Shown: piece by piece, positions 37,691 through 51,931 of the stretch | Numbering within the stretch: position 1 is the first letter of the stretch | Layout of the letters: each line of letters begins with the position of its first letter | Assembly (NCBI RefSeq): GCF_006345805.1 | Contig: NC_043012.1 | Coordinates: 22,692,001 to 22,756,000, forward strand | DNA: 64,000 bases | Direction: 5' to 3' | Source: Octopus sinensis | Taxonomy: Eukaryota | The notes under the pieces: generated by a model | Told to the model about the DNA's origin: nothing | The model's input: the letters and a program-made list of their open reading frames with translations, nothing else | Database searches by the model: none | Position numbers and translations under genes: made by a program

Positions 37691-38414
37691 TGCTCAACTG
37701 ATTAAGGTCTACCATTATCATCATCATATACGAAGGCAGTGAGCTGGCAGAATTATTAGCAGGGTGGGTGAAATGCTTAGCAGCATGTTGCCTGTTTCTA
37801 TGTTCTGAGTTCAAATTCCACTGAGTCAACTTTACCTTCGATCCTTTCAGAGTTGATAAAATAAGGACCAGTTAAACACTGGGGTCAACCAACATACCCA
37901 CTACCCTGAAATTGCTGGCTTTGTACCAAAATTTGAAACTATTATTATAATTATAAGTCACAGATATCAACTTGTTTTTCAATTACCTGATATCTCACCT
38001 GTCTGCATCTTTGGATGCAAAAATCTATTGTCCCTTGATATCTCTGGTAGAGACTTAGGTGCATGTTGTATATATTAAAACAAAGGCAAAAACATAATGA
38101 TGACGATGATAATGGTGACGATAGGAAAGAAAAAAAAATCTAACAATAAATACTCACTGTATACTTAAAAAAAAATCAATTCTAAGACAATAATGTGAAA
38201 GGCTTATTCCAGTGGGGTAACAGGTAAGTATTTTCTTAAGAGTTCTCAAGGTAAAACTGAAGAAATGGAGTGGAAGGGCATTGGTGTGTGTGTGTGTTTA
38301 TACAGTAATACAATATTCATATTAGCTTGAATTAAGAGATGTCAATAAAATGAAACTGTTACTCAGCTGAAGTAACTAACAGATCCCTACCAGACTATCC
38401 TTAGGGCATATACA

Positions 38415-38798
38415 GTAAAGTCCTAATTGAGAAAGGAAACAAACTATGCTGGATTATAGATATAGCATGCCCAGCTGACAACAAGGTATGTGATAGGGAA
38501 GAAAGAAAAGTCGAGAGATATGACAGGTTAGTTTGGGAAGTTAAGCAGTTGTGGTCGATAATAAAGGTAGCAATAGTACCAGTAATTGTTGGAGCCCTGG
38601 AACAGTGAGCAAAAATCTCAAGAAGTACGTGGAACAAATAGGGGCTGCAATAAGGGTGGAGCACTTGCAGAAAACAGCACTGCTTGGAACTGCTTGAACA
38701 CTCTGGAAGGTGCTCCAAAAATGAGGTGATACCTTAGTTCCCTGGTAGTGAACAGCTGACACTGTCGTACACCTCCAGGTTAGAAGCTGTGCAAAGGC

Positions 38799-38840
<42 letters not shown>
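38415..38840 (+). mobile_element. R4/Dong-type LINE 3' end (RLE domain) with (TAA)n tail
   Basis: CWIIDIACPAD..ERKVERYDRL..VPVIVGALG..LQKTALLGTA, 3' UTR, then (taa)n. Confidence 0.85.
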
Positions 38841-38842
<2 letters not shown>

Positions 38843-39849
38843 TAGAAACTTCAAAGTAAAATAACCTCAGAGTTTTTATTATAAAAATTAACAAAAACTA
38901 TTCTTCCAGTAAATTATAAAATTCTTCAGGGTATGACTAAATGGAAATTAAATACAACCACTTAAAAAATTTAGCATTGATCATAATTTATGAATGAATA
39001 TATCAAACTAGAGGATTTGTTGTCTGTTCAGTCATTTCTTTTACCATTTAACTTCATTGACTCCTGTGTCTCACTAACATACTTATTTCATTCACTGATA
39101 TATAACATGTTGCCTCATAACGGTTGTTACACTGGTCAGACATCTACAATCTTTTTAAGCCATCTAACTATGCATTTGCAAAGATAAGATGACATATGTA
39201 TTATATTTCCAGAATTTTCATGAATCCAAATTAAAACAGAGATACATTTAAATATAAGGGCAGATATAAACGGTCTCTAAATATCAACAGAGATAATTGA
39301 ATCCATTGTTTTAAGCACACAGAAACCAACATTTTTGCTTAATTAATTAATACAAGTAAAAATTTAGATATTCCTTTTTTTTTATCACTCTTATGTCATG
39401 TCACTTTCCACACTCCTGTACAGTGGTTATTAACCAGGGCAGTGGTACCCCTCTGGGTGTTGTGAGCTCATGTGTTATAGTGTGGATAGAATCAGAGGTG
39501 TATTATGGGGAAGGCACAATATGTTTGGAGAGATTGTTGTTATATTTGGAAGCAAAATATGTAAACCAGGTTCAATATTTATATTTTAAACATATTTTCA
39601 TTGCTGAAATGAAAATTTAAGTAAGACATTTGAGTTATCAGTGAACAGGAAACATGTTTGCTGATAAACCAAAGCCCAATATTGTTATTATTATTTTCAT
39701 CATTATTACCTGTGCTATAGCGAAGGAGGAGGTACTGTTTTCAGTCATGCATTCAGATGAAACACTTACAAATTCAATAACAATAATAAATTTAATTTAT
39801 CCTCAACAATTTTTTAGTTTCATCAATTTTGAATATATCACTCCTGTTT

Positions 39850-40080
39850 AAAACCTCTTACCTACTTGACAATCGCATTTCTAGTTCTGCATTGAAGGAA
39901 GCTTTACTTTTTGGACTCACATTTTTGTGTGCAACGATGTGGTTAAACCTCCGTTATCAACAGTGTATGCAGATCCTTTCCGTCTTCTTTCATGCACGGA
40001 TACATTTTTTACTATAGACCTTAATGGTCATAAAATCACTATATCAGTGGATAGACTAAAAAAAGGCCTTCATAGAGAAA
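39850..40080 (+). mobile_element. Gypsy integrase C-terminal (GPY/F) relic
   Basis: CNDVVKPPLSTVYADPFRLLSCTDTFFTIDLNGHKITISVDRLK matches the ..RRPLQPPYDGPF..VSIDRLK pattern. Confidence 0.75.
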
Positions 40081-41399
40081 ACTATCCCAGATTCCATTGT
40101 AGACACATACAGCATTACAAACACGACCCGCACACCTACCTTCAAATTCCATGACTACCATTGGGATCAATCAGGTACTGGACAAGTATTCTGGATTACT
40201 TTTCCGTTGTTTTTTTTACTTAATTTTTGAGAGCGGTTGGGTTCATTTTTAGTATTCTCGTTTTTGAGAGCAGTCGAGTTTATTTCAGATATTCTTATTT
40301 TAAAATTCATCTCTGGCTAATCATTGAGAGGATGTTGGTGTTGCCTTGGCAGAGGTCTGTGCTCTCCGAGTGCTCTTGGTATTATTATTAATAGTGACAC
40401 AATGGGGTCGATATAATCGACTAGTCCCCTTCCCCAAAATTTCAGGCCTTGTACCTTTAGTAGAAAGAAGGATTATTATTATTATTATATTATTATTATT
40501 AAGGTAGAGAGCTGGGAGAACTGTTAGCATGCCAGACAAAATGCTTAGTTCTGAGTTCAAGTTCTACTGAGGGGGACTTTGTCTTTCGTCCTTTTATGGT
40601 TGATGAAATAAGTACCAGTTGTGCACTTGGGCTGCTGTGATAGAGTAGCTCTTTCTCCATCAAATTACCAACCTCGTACCTATAATACAAAGGATAATCA
40701 TCATCATCATCATGCAAGTCCCCATCTCTTTTAGCAATCAGATATTCACGTTCAGATCTTCCAGAATTATCAAGAAAGAATGTATAAGTTATATAAGAAT
40801 GTATAAGTCCAAGCACCTCATTAATTATTATCTGTTTGGCAGACATCAGCTAACATCAGCAAATAATTGGCTGACTTCTATAAACAAGAGACCTATGTTC
40901 TTGTTAGGTTCATTAGTCTGATGATGTAGCTTTGACTGAGGAGACATATAAAATGGTTGATACACTGAGGTGTCTGAAAGCCCCCTTACACAGATGAATC
41001 AAGCATATTATGAACGCAAATCATTTAAAAGGGGAAGGTGTTGTCTGGTGACAAAAATCAGCAGTGATTAGGTATTCATATTTGAATCTACAAAGGCATA
41101 TTAAGAAAGAATATGCATTTAAACATTTTTACTATTTGAAACTATTATTATTCAATTAATAAGGAAAAATTCAGATCCATAAATTGTTCTTGCCTGAGCT
41201 TCACACAAATGTTAAATACAAGTGTCCTGTTATACAACAAGCAGTTGTTCTAAATCGCTGGTCTTCTGCAAAAACGTACCCAGCCAGGGAGAAAACATTA
41301 CCTTGCTTGGAAGGAGGTGACAGTTGATGATAGGAATGACATACAACCACAGAAAACCAGCCTAAAAGAGCACTAAACATACATATATACACATATATG

Positions 41400-41403
41400 T
41401 ATG

Positions 41404-41435
<32 letters not shown>

Positions 41436-41650
41436 CACACACACAAATACTTGTGCAAACATTTATATATATATGTATGTATACATACATATATATATAC
41501 ACACACATATATACACACACATATATATATATACATACATATATATATATACACACATATATACACACACACACACACATATATACACACACACAAATAC
41601 TTGTGCAAACATTTATATATATATATGTTTGTATAAATACATATATATAT

Positions 41651-41719
<69 letters not shown>

Positions 41720-41756
41720 TATATATATACATACACAAACATACACACACACATAT

Positions 41757-41810
<54 letters not shown>
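41400..41810. repeat. compound TA/CA microsatellite with internal ~150-bp duplication
   Basis: caaatacttgtgcaaacattt occurs twice (~41444 and ~41594). Confidence 0.85.
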
Positions 41811-42424
41811 TTGTCCGAATCACATTAGCATGGAACGTGGATGTTAGTTAAATGACGATGAAATTATAAAAAACTTGAAACACACAATAAACAATAATAT
41901 AAAACAAATCTTAAGACGCTCATCACCCACCCCGTTCCATACCCTCCACACACTAACAATGCTCCCATCCACCTCTATAGCAACTGCAAGCCTTCTTACA
42001 CACAAATACAACTTGCTATGCATTATACAACAGTCTTCCATTAACTCAAAACACAATTCATGTACACCCAGCCACTTAAGTCTGAAAGGTAATCCAAATC
42101 CAACTGGTATTGTTAGTATTCATTTGAATGTTACCCATTCACTCATTCAGACGTGGGCACTTGTTTCAACTTATCCCGCAACCCTGAAGATAGTTACAAG
42201 TGTGACTGAAAGCCCACCGAACCTCAATGTTTACTCTAAGCCTTGGAAACATTTAGATATTTCCTTCCTATATAAATCAGAGAGACAACTTGGCCATTAG
42301 AAAGCATAAATGGCTTAACAGTAAATCAGTTAAACTGACTTTCCAGCGATTCATTCAGTCAACCAAAAATACATAAATGTGTACCTGTGTGTGTATGTGC
42401 GTGTGTGTGTGTGTGTGTGCGTGT

Positions 42425-42805
42425 GTGTGTGTGTGTATAAAGTGTTTGTGTATGATGGGAATGGTGTGTGTGAGCATGTTTGTGTCATGTATATATCTGT
42501 ACATACACCCAGATAGATATACATACACACACATATGTATATGTGTGTGTACATATATACACAATATATATCTATCTATATATCTATCTATCTATGTGTG
42601 TGTGTGTGTGTGTGCGTGTGTGTGTGTGTGTGTATAAAGTGTTTGTGTATGATGGGAATGGTGTGTGTGAGCATGTTTGTGTCATGTATATATCTGTACA
42701 TACACCCAGATAGATATACATACACACACATATGTATATGTGTGTGTACATATATACACAATATATATCTATCTATATATCTATCTATCTATGTGTGTGT
42801 GTGTA
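42425..42805. repeat. near-perfect tandem duplication (~195-bp period) anchored on (TG)n
   Basis: tataaagtgtttgtgtatgatgggaatgg...tatctatctatctatgtgtg is repeated twice. Confidence 0.9.
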
Positions 42806-43754
42806 TAAAGAAAGGGAGAGAGAGAGGGAGGAGACAGATACATAAATATATACAAATATATTTATTAACATAAAAACCCCACATGTATATATATAAACAC
42901 ACATATACAAACACCCATGTATGTGTGTATAAATATATGTGTGTGTGTATGTGTGTGTGAGTGTTTGTGTGTGTGAGTGAGTGTGTTTGTGTGTGTGTGT
43001 GTGTCTGAGTGTAAGAAGAATTCCCTCATCTTATTTTGAGGAACATCATTTCAACTCATTGGTTATCTGACATTCCTCAAGAGAGGCGGAACACGGTCTG
43101 TCTTCTTCGCTTACTTCTTTTACATTCTTCTTCTTGCAAGCTCTTGGAGGCTAACAACTATCTCTTTCTCTTCTGTACTCTCACATCAAGGAAACAGTAA
43201 AAGAAGAAGAAGAGCCGGGGGTAGGGAGAGTCTCGTATAAACAAACAATATTTTGAAGAACAAAACCCTGAAGTTCATGTTGATAACCAACTAAAACGGT
43301 AGTTAGTAAAATTATTGATTTTTGACTTGTTTGTTTCTCTTTAGCTGGACTTCATGGAATTTGTTTTTATTGTTTACCCATAATGGTAGATTGTGTACAC
43401 AACTGCAAACATTCCTATCCCAATTTTTAAGCAAGTTATATGTAAATTAGAAATAGATATAGCAACGTTCTTCTTTTTTTTCTTCCTTCCTTCCTTCCTT
43501 TCTTGCCCAAACAATGATATAGAAGTGTGTGTACGGGGGTGCAAGTGTCTAGGATTATATATAAATATATTTCTATGAATGTATGCAGATATATATATGT
43601 GTGTGTGTATTTACTTATGTATATACTATAGGTCTGTGTGTGAGTGCCTCTATATATATGTATGTATGTATGCATTCATATATATATATATTTGTCTACA
43701 TATACACACAAATTCAGCTGTTTCTCAAGCACACCACACAACCACCTGTGTTTA

Positions 43755-43787
<33 letters not shown>

Positions 43788-43918
43788 GCAAATGTCTGAT
43801 AATATATATGCATGTATGAATATGAAAAGAATTATTCTTGACAAAAGAAAATTGATATAGGATCTTCATATTACAATGTGAAATAATAATAATAATAAAG
43901 ATAATAATAATAATAATA

Positions 43919-43957
<39 letters not shown>

Positions 43958-44701
43958 TAATAATAATAATAATAATAATAAAAAGCTGGAGCTATTCCGT
44001 TCATGTGAAGCTCTCTGCTGCAACTCACAGCATGACAGTGTGTCGCAGATACTGTTACTTTGTCTGTGTTATATTTGTTAAAACATTTGACAGTGAAGGA
44101 CATTGTTAAGAAATAGAGACGGAATATATAGAATAAAAGACTTCACACATTGCTGAAGTGTCTTGTGCGATAGAACAATCTTTAAGGAATATCAACTGTT
44201 TTGGATTAAACTATCATTGCTTCTTTTCTCTCTCGCTCTCTCGCTCTCTTTTAATCTTACGTCTGCTTCTTTTCCTCCACCAATATCTCTCCCATCCAAT
44301 TTGGGTGAAACATAAAATACAATCATCTCAAAAATATCTGCCACAGTGTTTGTCAAATGAGGTCCAAATTGTCTGCAGATTTACCGGGAAAGAGTTGGCA
44401 ACTCAAACCAATGTCACTTTATTCCTTTCTGCTACAATCACCTTCAAATACTTTGACACGCATTTAAAGACACACAGGACAGCAAAATAGATGCAACATG
44501 CTCTGGCAAGCAGACTAGGCATCTCACACAACCAACCACCTCGTATCAACACAGAGCCTAGACTGTGTCTTCCGGTCCAGATACAAACATGTCATATTTG
44601 CAGGGCAGGACCTTTGGGCTTTTCATAAAGTTTCACTTGGTGTCCACATCTGTGTTGTTTCATACACAACTGATCAAGGTTAAATATCAGGCTCTTTTAT
44701 G

Positions 44702-44986
44702 CTTTTATTCGTTTCAGTCATTTTGACTGCAGCCATGCTGGAGCACCGCCTCTAGTCGAGCAATTTGACCCCAGGACTTATTCTTTGTAAGCATGGTACT
44801 TATTCTATCGGTCTCTTATGCCAAACCGTTAACTTACAGGGATGTAAACACACCAGCATTGGTTGTCAAGTGATGTTGGGACACACACACATTGTTTTAT
44901 TTATATTCCTGAGCGCCATACTAATACAATTGTTTGTTTGTACTCCACCTGCCTTCGCCTTTTGTTTATTTTCATAAAGCTTCCCG

Positions 44987-45037
<51 letters not shown>

Positions 45038-45178
45038 GCTTCTTTCAGTTTCTGTCTACCAAATCCACTCAAATGCTTCGGTTGGCCCAAGGCTATAGTA
45101 GAAGACACTTGCCAAAGGTGCCACGCAGTGGGTTTGAACCAGGAACCATGTGGTTGGTTAGCAAACTACTTACCACAC
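44702..45178 (-). mobile_element. SINE family E copy
   Basis: Aligns with 26869-27292; abuts and truncates the mariner TIR at 45181. Confidence 0.85.
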
Positions 45179-45180
45179 AT

Positions 45181-46230
45181 TAAGAATGAAATGTCCAATT
45201 TTGAACTGAAAGTTTATTTTGCTTTATCTCAACAAAAAAGCAGTGCAGTTAATCAAAGTATGCACCTAAATTTATCAACATAATTTTGCCATTTTATCGG
45301 TAGTTTATTTATGCTGGCAGCGAAGAATTCTGGAGAGCAAAAGGTGATGAAATCACGAAAGGCTGTTTTTGCATCTTCTTCAGATTTGAAGTTTTTTCCT
45401 TGCAAAAGGTTGTCTAATGCTTGGAAAATGTGAAAGTCAGTTGGTGCAAGGTCTAGTGAACATGGTGGATGACAGAGCACTTCCAAGTTCAGTTCATGTA
45501 ACTTGAGTAGCATTCTTTGTGCAACATGTGGTCAAGCATTGTCTTGCAAGAGAATTGGCCTGTCTCTATTGACCAATCTCAGTTGTTTAATTGCAAGTTC
45601 ACTCAAAATTTCATCCAGTTGGTTGATGTATACATCCACTGTAATTGACTTACCAGGTCTCATGAAGCTGTAGTGGATGATACCAGCACTGGACCACCAA
45701 ACAGACAGAATTAGCTTTTTTTGGTGAATATTATTTTTGGATTATGTTTTTCAGCACTTTGGCTCTATCCACCCACCATGCAGAATGCTTGTTATTGTTG
45801 AAAAGAATTCATCACTCATAACAATATGGTTTGCGTTTATGCCATGACAGCAAAGAACAGCAAATTTCCGGATGACATGTCATTTGATGCTTGTTCAGTT
45901 TCTGTGGTACTTGTTGAACTTCTTTACCTTGCTGATTTGTTTCAGATGGTCCAACACAGTTGGAATTGAAACATGAGACCTTGCTGCTAATGCACGCGTA
46001 GTTTGAGATATATTCGCTTCCACTACAGTTTCCAGCTCTTCATTATCCACCTTGGTCTCAGGTCTACCATGGGGTTGATTTTCAAGAGTAAAGTCACCAG
46101 ACTGGAACTTCTCAAACCATCGATGTACAGCGCACTCATTCGCCACATCTTCACCAAACACCTCACTGATGTTTCAAGCTGTCTTGGATGCATTGGCTCC
46201 ATGATGGAATACATATTCATAAACAACACA
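45181..46230 (-). mobile_element. near full-length defective mariner transposase
   Basis: N-terminal VHRWFEKFQSGDFTLENQPHGRP HTH and C-terminal LQDNA*PH..HPPCSLDLAPTDF; several stops and frameshifts. Confidence 0.92.
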
Positions 46231-46231
46231 G

Positions 46232-46380
46232 TAGGGCCATCTAAGGAGAATCGATGCACTGGGCCCTACAATGCTTACCTGTAAACTGAAAGCCATTGTA
46301 TACATAAATTAGAACTGGGTCCCTATGCCTGTGAGGCCCCTGGACAACTGACCAATGTACTATTGCTTTAAATGACACTG
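46232..46380. mobile_element. MITE-like element inserted at the 5' end of the mariner ORF
   Basis: tagggccatctaag ... tttaaatgacactg termini, as at 16443-16659. Confidence 0.35.
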
Positions 46381-47302
46381 CTAGAATCACTGGTTAGCTA
46401 CAGGCTCCAGGATGGGAGAGACAAAATATAGGTAATGGAGAGGAAAAGAGATCAATGAGGGGATTGTACCTGAATTAAGCAATATCAATGTTGCATAATT
46501 TAAAATCGTTTTATTAATAATATCTTGCACTTTCTAGTTTAGAACAAGGGCCATTTATTCCTATGTTATACCTATCAATACCAAGTAATGTGTTATATAT
46601 ATGAGTATACAATGGTAAGTCATATATTACTATACTGTATATGTCAGAATGTAATATGAGTAATTAATTTCTATGTTGTATGTATCAGTATGCAATGTCA
46701 GTGAGGTAATAATGCTAAATCATAGATATTGACTGTAAAACTGGCGGTGGCGATGGTAGTGGTGGAGGTGGTGGGTTATTTATTTGCATGCTGTATCTCT
46801 CAATATGTAATATCGGTTATATATAGATTGGTATGTGGCATCTGACAAAATTTAAGAAGAATTATTTATTAGTATATTCAATATATCAGCATGTAACATA
46901 TTTGATCATTCATATACACACACACACACACATATATATATATAGGGAGAGAGAGAGAGAGAGACAGATAGACCATAGAGTATATATATATATATATATA
47001 TAACTATTTATATATATGTATTGCTAATAAACAAACTATCTGTGCTTTATTGATAGCTAGTTGCCATTAGGTAACTTCAGTCAGTTTTGCTTTAGTTTGG
47101 TAGCCCCAAGGCTAATCAAAGGCTCTTTGATATTAACCTCATTTCGTATTTCCTGTCACTGCTACAATATCCTCTGTTCCTTAAATTTGGTTACTCCTGT
47201 ACTACCTCCACTCTCTCATCACTCACCTTTCATTCGATTGTTATTCGTACCTTGTCCCTCAAATCCCTGCACTAAAGAGCCCCATCTCCCCATACAAATA
47301 TT

Positions 47303-47449
47303 CAGGGTTGTGTTAACAGCTTTATAGCAAAGAAAAGCATTTAGGCCTTTATATATACAAGCACAACATTCATAGATTAGCATTGGGCCCCCATAGCCAT
47401 GGGGTTCCCATGCAACTACTCAACATGTCTATCACTTAAAATGGCACTG
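47303..47449. mobile_element. MITE-like element, same family
   Basis: cagggttgtgttaa ... cttaaaatggcactg termini. Confidence 0.35.
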
Positions 47450-48269
47450 TCAATCCTTCCTCCCCACATGTCCATCTTCTCAAATAACTCCCACCTCCTA
47501 TTTTCCTCCACTTATCAACTTGTTATTCCAGAGGTATATGAAATATGTTAGTTTCACAGGCTGCAGCAAGTTTAGCCTTTGAAGACTATGGGACAGACTA
47601 AACACTTAGAATATAAAAAGAAAAATTGCTAATGGACTAAAATGTACAACTTATGTATGAGATAGGAAAAATTGCATTACCATATTTCGGTGGAAATACA
47701 TTGTATTTGTTTCTATTAATTTTGAAAATAATAAAGAATTTATGAAAATAGTCACTATTAAGCTGATGTTTGGAACATACATTATGAAACTTTGATGGAC
47801 GGATTCAGTTTAGATTACTTTAAAACATAAAGTTTGTATCAACAACCTCAAGTACGATGGATACCAAAAGGGTTAAAGATATAACGCATTAAACATTATT
47901 AAGTTTGTTATTGTGTGGAATATTTGGCAGCTAAAATACAGTAATTTGGACAACTAGGGATAAATTCTTTGGTTAAGTTATTTACCGATTTTAATTGTAT
48001 CTCGTTGTGTGCTATTGAAATAATGCATTACTACTACATCAAATGTCTCAGTTTGCTGCAGAGGCTAGACAACATCAAGGTTATCTTCTAAATATATCAA
48101 TAAACCAAATTTATTTTTGGGATAATAAATATAATATCAGTGAAAGAAAAAAAAAAATTATTGAAGTTGCACAAAATATATTACAGCAATGAATTACTTA
48201 AGTCTTTGTGTGTGCGTGTATGTGTGGATTTAATGATGATGATGATGATGATGCTGATCACCAGCATTA

Positions 48270-48620
48270 TTGTTTTAGCATCCATATTTCCATGCTGGTA
48301 GGGTTAATGGGTTTGCACAGTAAGGCATCTTGCCATTCCTCTCTTTATCTCGTATCATCTTGTCTCTGTGAAACCAACCATCCTCAGATCTGACCATCAT
48401 CCTATGTCTACTTTGGTCATTCTTTGCTATGGGTACCGTTGCCATGGGTACCTTCCTTCAACAACAACACTCCATTTCAATCACATGCTGCCCATTCCAT
48501 CACAGCTGCCTTTCTTCTACACGTTGACTTTTACATTTAATATCACTTTGTCATTTCACTTGATTTGCGTACAACATTTTGTGCTGGGTTGATGGTGGTA
48601 CATCCATCAGACCACACATA
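48270..48620 (-). mobile_element. degenerate RTE LINE 3' end with a tail resembling SINE family D
   Basis: Minus strand ends aaccctaccagcatggaaatatggatgctaaa..(GAT)n; upstream RTE-like coding residue. Confidence 0.5.
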
Positions 48621-49118
48621 ATTCATTCTCTTTAGTCTTCACAGGTATCCTACACACACAGACACACACACACACACACAGAGGCATAGCTGTATGGTTA
48701 AGAAGTTTGTTTCTTGAACAGAGAGTTTGAAGTTCAATCCTACCGTGTGGCACCTTGGGTAAGTGTTTTCCACTATAGCCCCGGGGTAACCAGAGTCTTG
48801 CGAATGGATTTAGCAGGTAGAAACTGAGAGACTATTCTGTATACAAACACTCACAAACACATACATTTAGTCATAAGTATATATTTGTGTGTGCGTGCTC
48901 ATGTCTCCTTGTTTTGACATATGATAGTTGTAAACAAGTGCCACCGTCATACAAGCAGTGTTCATTCATTCACAATCTCCCATGTAAATATATATGACCA
49001 TGGGGGAAATATTGGCTTGCTGGGAAACAGGTGAAGGCTGGCAAAAGAAAGGGCATTCATACATCCCTTTCAGTTAAACACAGAAAAAGGCAACCATGAG
49101 ATATCATAAGTATTTATC

Positions 49119-49169
<51 letters not shown>

Positions 49170-49573
49170 GTATGTGCATGTGTGTGTGTATGTAAACACA
49201 CACATACTTCTAGGCATTCAGATATGTTGATCTTTATTAAACAGTTATGGAAAAGATGTTATGATGGAACTATGGATGGACTCTTAAAACATTAAGGAAA
49301 ATAGGTCTAGCTCTATCTCTTTAACCTAAATAGATTTTAATCCCAATTGTAAATATATGTATTTATGTATTTCAGTCGACTGTATATCTAATGGTGTGTG
49401 AGTGTGTGTTTGTGTGTGCGTGAGATTGTGCGTGAGAGAAAGAGTGAGGTTGTGTGTGTGTATGAGAGAGAAAGAAATAAAGGAGGAAAGAGAGACGAAA
49501 ACTGAAAAATGTAATGAGAAAGAGATAGAAAAAGCGTTTTGAAGAAATATATATTTACATGCAATATACATAC

Positions 49574-49631
<58 letters not shown>

Positions 49632-50342
49632 TATATATATGCGTGTGTGTGTATATATATACATACACAAACATAAATATAACTACACACATATGAGTGT
49701 GTGTGTGTGTATATATATATATATACATATACACACATACATATACCTACACACATACACACACAAATATATATATATATATATATATAATAAGCAAAAA
49801 AAATCTCTCATGTCATCTCCCTTCTTTCCATCCAATCTTTAATAAATCTTTTTTGCTTCTCGTATCCTTCCATAAATAAAGAGATGTATTATAAAAACAG
49901 TAATTTCTCCACTTAATGTGAGATAAGAGAAGAGAGGCCATGTGGATGTTTGCACAGTTGACTGGAAGTACAGAGATAAAAAGAGTTATAATTTAATGTT
50001 TTTTTTTTCCTAACCACCACCACCACCACCACCAACCATTGCCGCCACCATTACTGCCACCACCACCACCACCATCGCCATTGCCATTCTTAAATATTCT
50101 ACTACAACTGGGTATATTTGAGATCCAATTATGCCTTGCTGCCTTTTGCCAGCAATTCAGTTTAGTTAAGAGTTATCTTCTGTGCAGTTCCAGAGTTCTA
50201 CAGAAAGTGTGTATATAAAAGAGAACTGGGAATTAGCGGAGCTGAGTACAATGAATGAATGAATGAAGGAAATATTTATATAGCTTTTTTATGCCAGTTA
50301 TAGATGGATATTCTGAAATATAACCAATTAGATACAACAACA

Positions 50343-50375
<33 letters not shown>

Positions 50376-50378
<3 letters not shown>

Positions 50379-50586
50379 CTTTTTTACCATAATTTGCGGG
50401 GTGGAGGGGGTAAGTCAATCACATTGACCCCCAGTACTTGACTGGTACTTAATTTATTAACCCCGAAAGGATGAAAGGTAAAGTTAACCTTGGCAGAATT
50501 TGAACTCAGAACGTAAAGACAAGCGAAATACTGCTCAGCATTTTGCCTGGTGTGCTAATTAATGATTCTGCCAGCTCACCACCTTA
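50376..50586 (-). repeat. copy 1 of a ~210-bp direct duplication (contains a family C SINE)
   Basis: Nearly identical to 51107-51313, including unique flank tttttaccataatttg and the diagnostic gtgctaattaatgattctg. Confidence 0.9.
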
Positions 50587-50689
50587 ATAATAATAATAAT
50601 AATAATGATAATAATAATAATATAATAATAATAATAATAATAATATAATGATAATAATAATAATAATAATAATCATCATCATCATCATC

Positions 50690-51106
50690 ATCATCGTCGT
50701 CGTTTAGCGTCCGTTTTCCATGCTAGCATGGGTTGGACGGTTCTACTGGGGTCTGTGAAGCCAGAAGGCTTCATCAGGCCCAGTCAAATCTGGCAGTGTT
50801 TCTACGGCTGGATGCCCTTCCTAACGCCAACCACTCCGTGAGTGTAGTGGGTGCTTTTTACGTGCCACCCGCACAGGTGCCAGACAGAGCTGGCAAACGG
50901 CCACGAACGGATGGTGCTTTTTATGTGCCACCGGCACAAGGGCCAGGCGAGGCTGGCAACGGACACGAAACGGGGCGGTGCTGGCAACGGTTGCGAAACG
51001 GAAGGTTCTCTTACATGCCACCGGCACTGGTAACACATCTGCAATTTCCATTGATCGATTTCCATTCTGATCCTCACTTGCCTCAACTGGTCTTCACAAG
51101 TACCTC
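50690..51106 (-). mobile_element. SINE family D copy (3 units) between the duplicated segments
   Basis: Tail catcatcgtcgtcgtttagcg; cores at ~50858, 50918, 51010. Confidence 0.85.
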
Positions 51107-51313
51107 AATCCTTTTTACCATAATTTGGGGGGGAGGGGGTAAGTCAATCACATTGACCCCAGTACTTGACTGGTACTTAATTTATTAACCCCGAAAGGAT
51201 GAAAGGTAAAGTTAACCTTGGTAGAATTTGAACTCAGGACATAAAGACAAGCGAAATACTGCTCAGCATTTTGCCTGGTGTGCTAATTAATGATTCTGCC
51301 AGCTCACCACCTT
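51107..51313 (-). repeat. copy 2 of the ~210-bp direct duplication
   Basis: See 50376-50586. Confidence 0.9.
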
Positions 51314-51326
51314 AATAATAATAATA

Positions 51327-51362
<36 letters not shown>

Positions 51363-51857
51363 TAGCTGGTAATTTTGAAGGGAAGATGGGAGTCAGTACC
51401 ATTGGACCCCAGTATGTGACTGGTACTTTATTTTCTTAGCCCTGAAACAATGAAAGATAAAGTTGATCCAGGCAGGATTTGAACTCAGAATGCAAAGACC
51501 AAAATGAATGTCATAAGGCATTTTTACCAATGCTCCAGTGATTCTACCAGTTGACCATCCGCTAATAATTGCTTCTAGTGTAAGCACAAAGCCTGAAATT
51601 TAGGGCAGGGGTGTTGGTCAATATAATCGCCCACCCTGACCTTGGTACTTGACTGTTACTCTGTCTTACTGATGCTGAAGAGATGAAAGGCAAAGTTGAC
51701 CTTGGCAGGATTTGAACTCAGAAAGTAAAGGACCATAACTGAATAAATATTACAAAGCATTTTGTTTTATCTGTCATTTCACTACCACCGCTGCCACCAC
51801 CATCACCTCTATTGCTAAGTATTTTGTTCAATACTCTAATGGTTCTGCCAGTTCACT

Positions 51858-51909
<52 letters not shown>

Positions 51910-51931
51910 TAATAATAATAATGATAATAAT

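Noticed and set aside
41875-42300. 141-aa ORF with faint I/Jockey LINE C-terminal resemblance
   Set aside because: No diagnostic motif to support a call.
43268-43304. Degenerate hammerhead-like string (ctgaagttcatgttg..caactaaaacggta)
   Set aside because: G8/A9 and G12 are absent; too degenerate.
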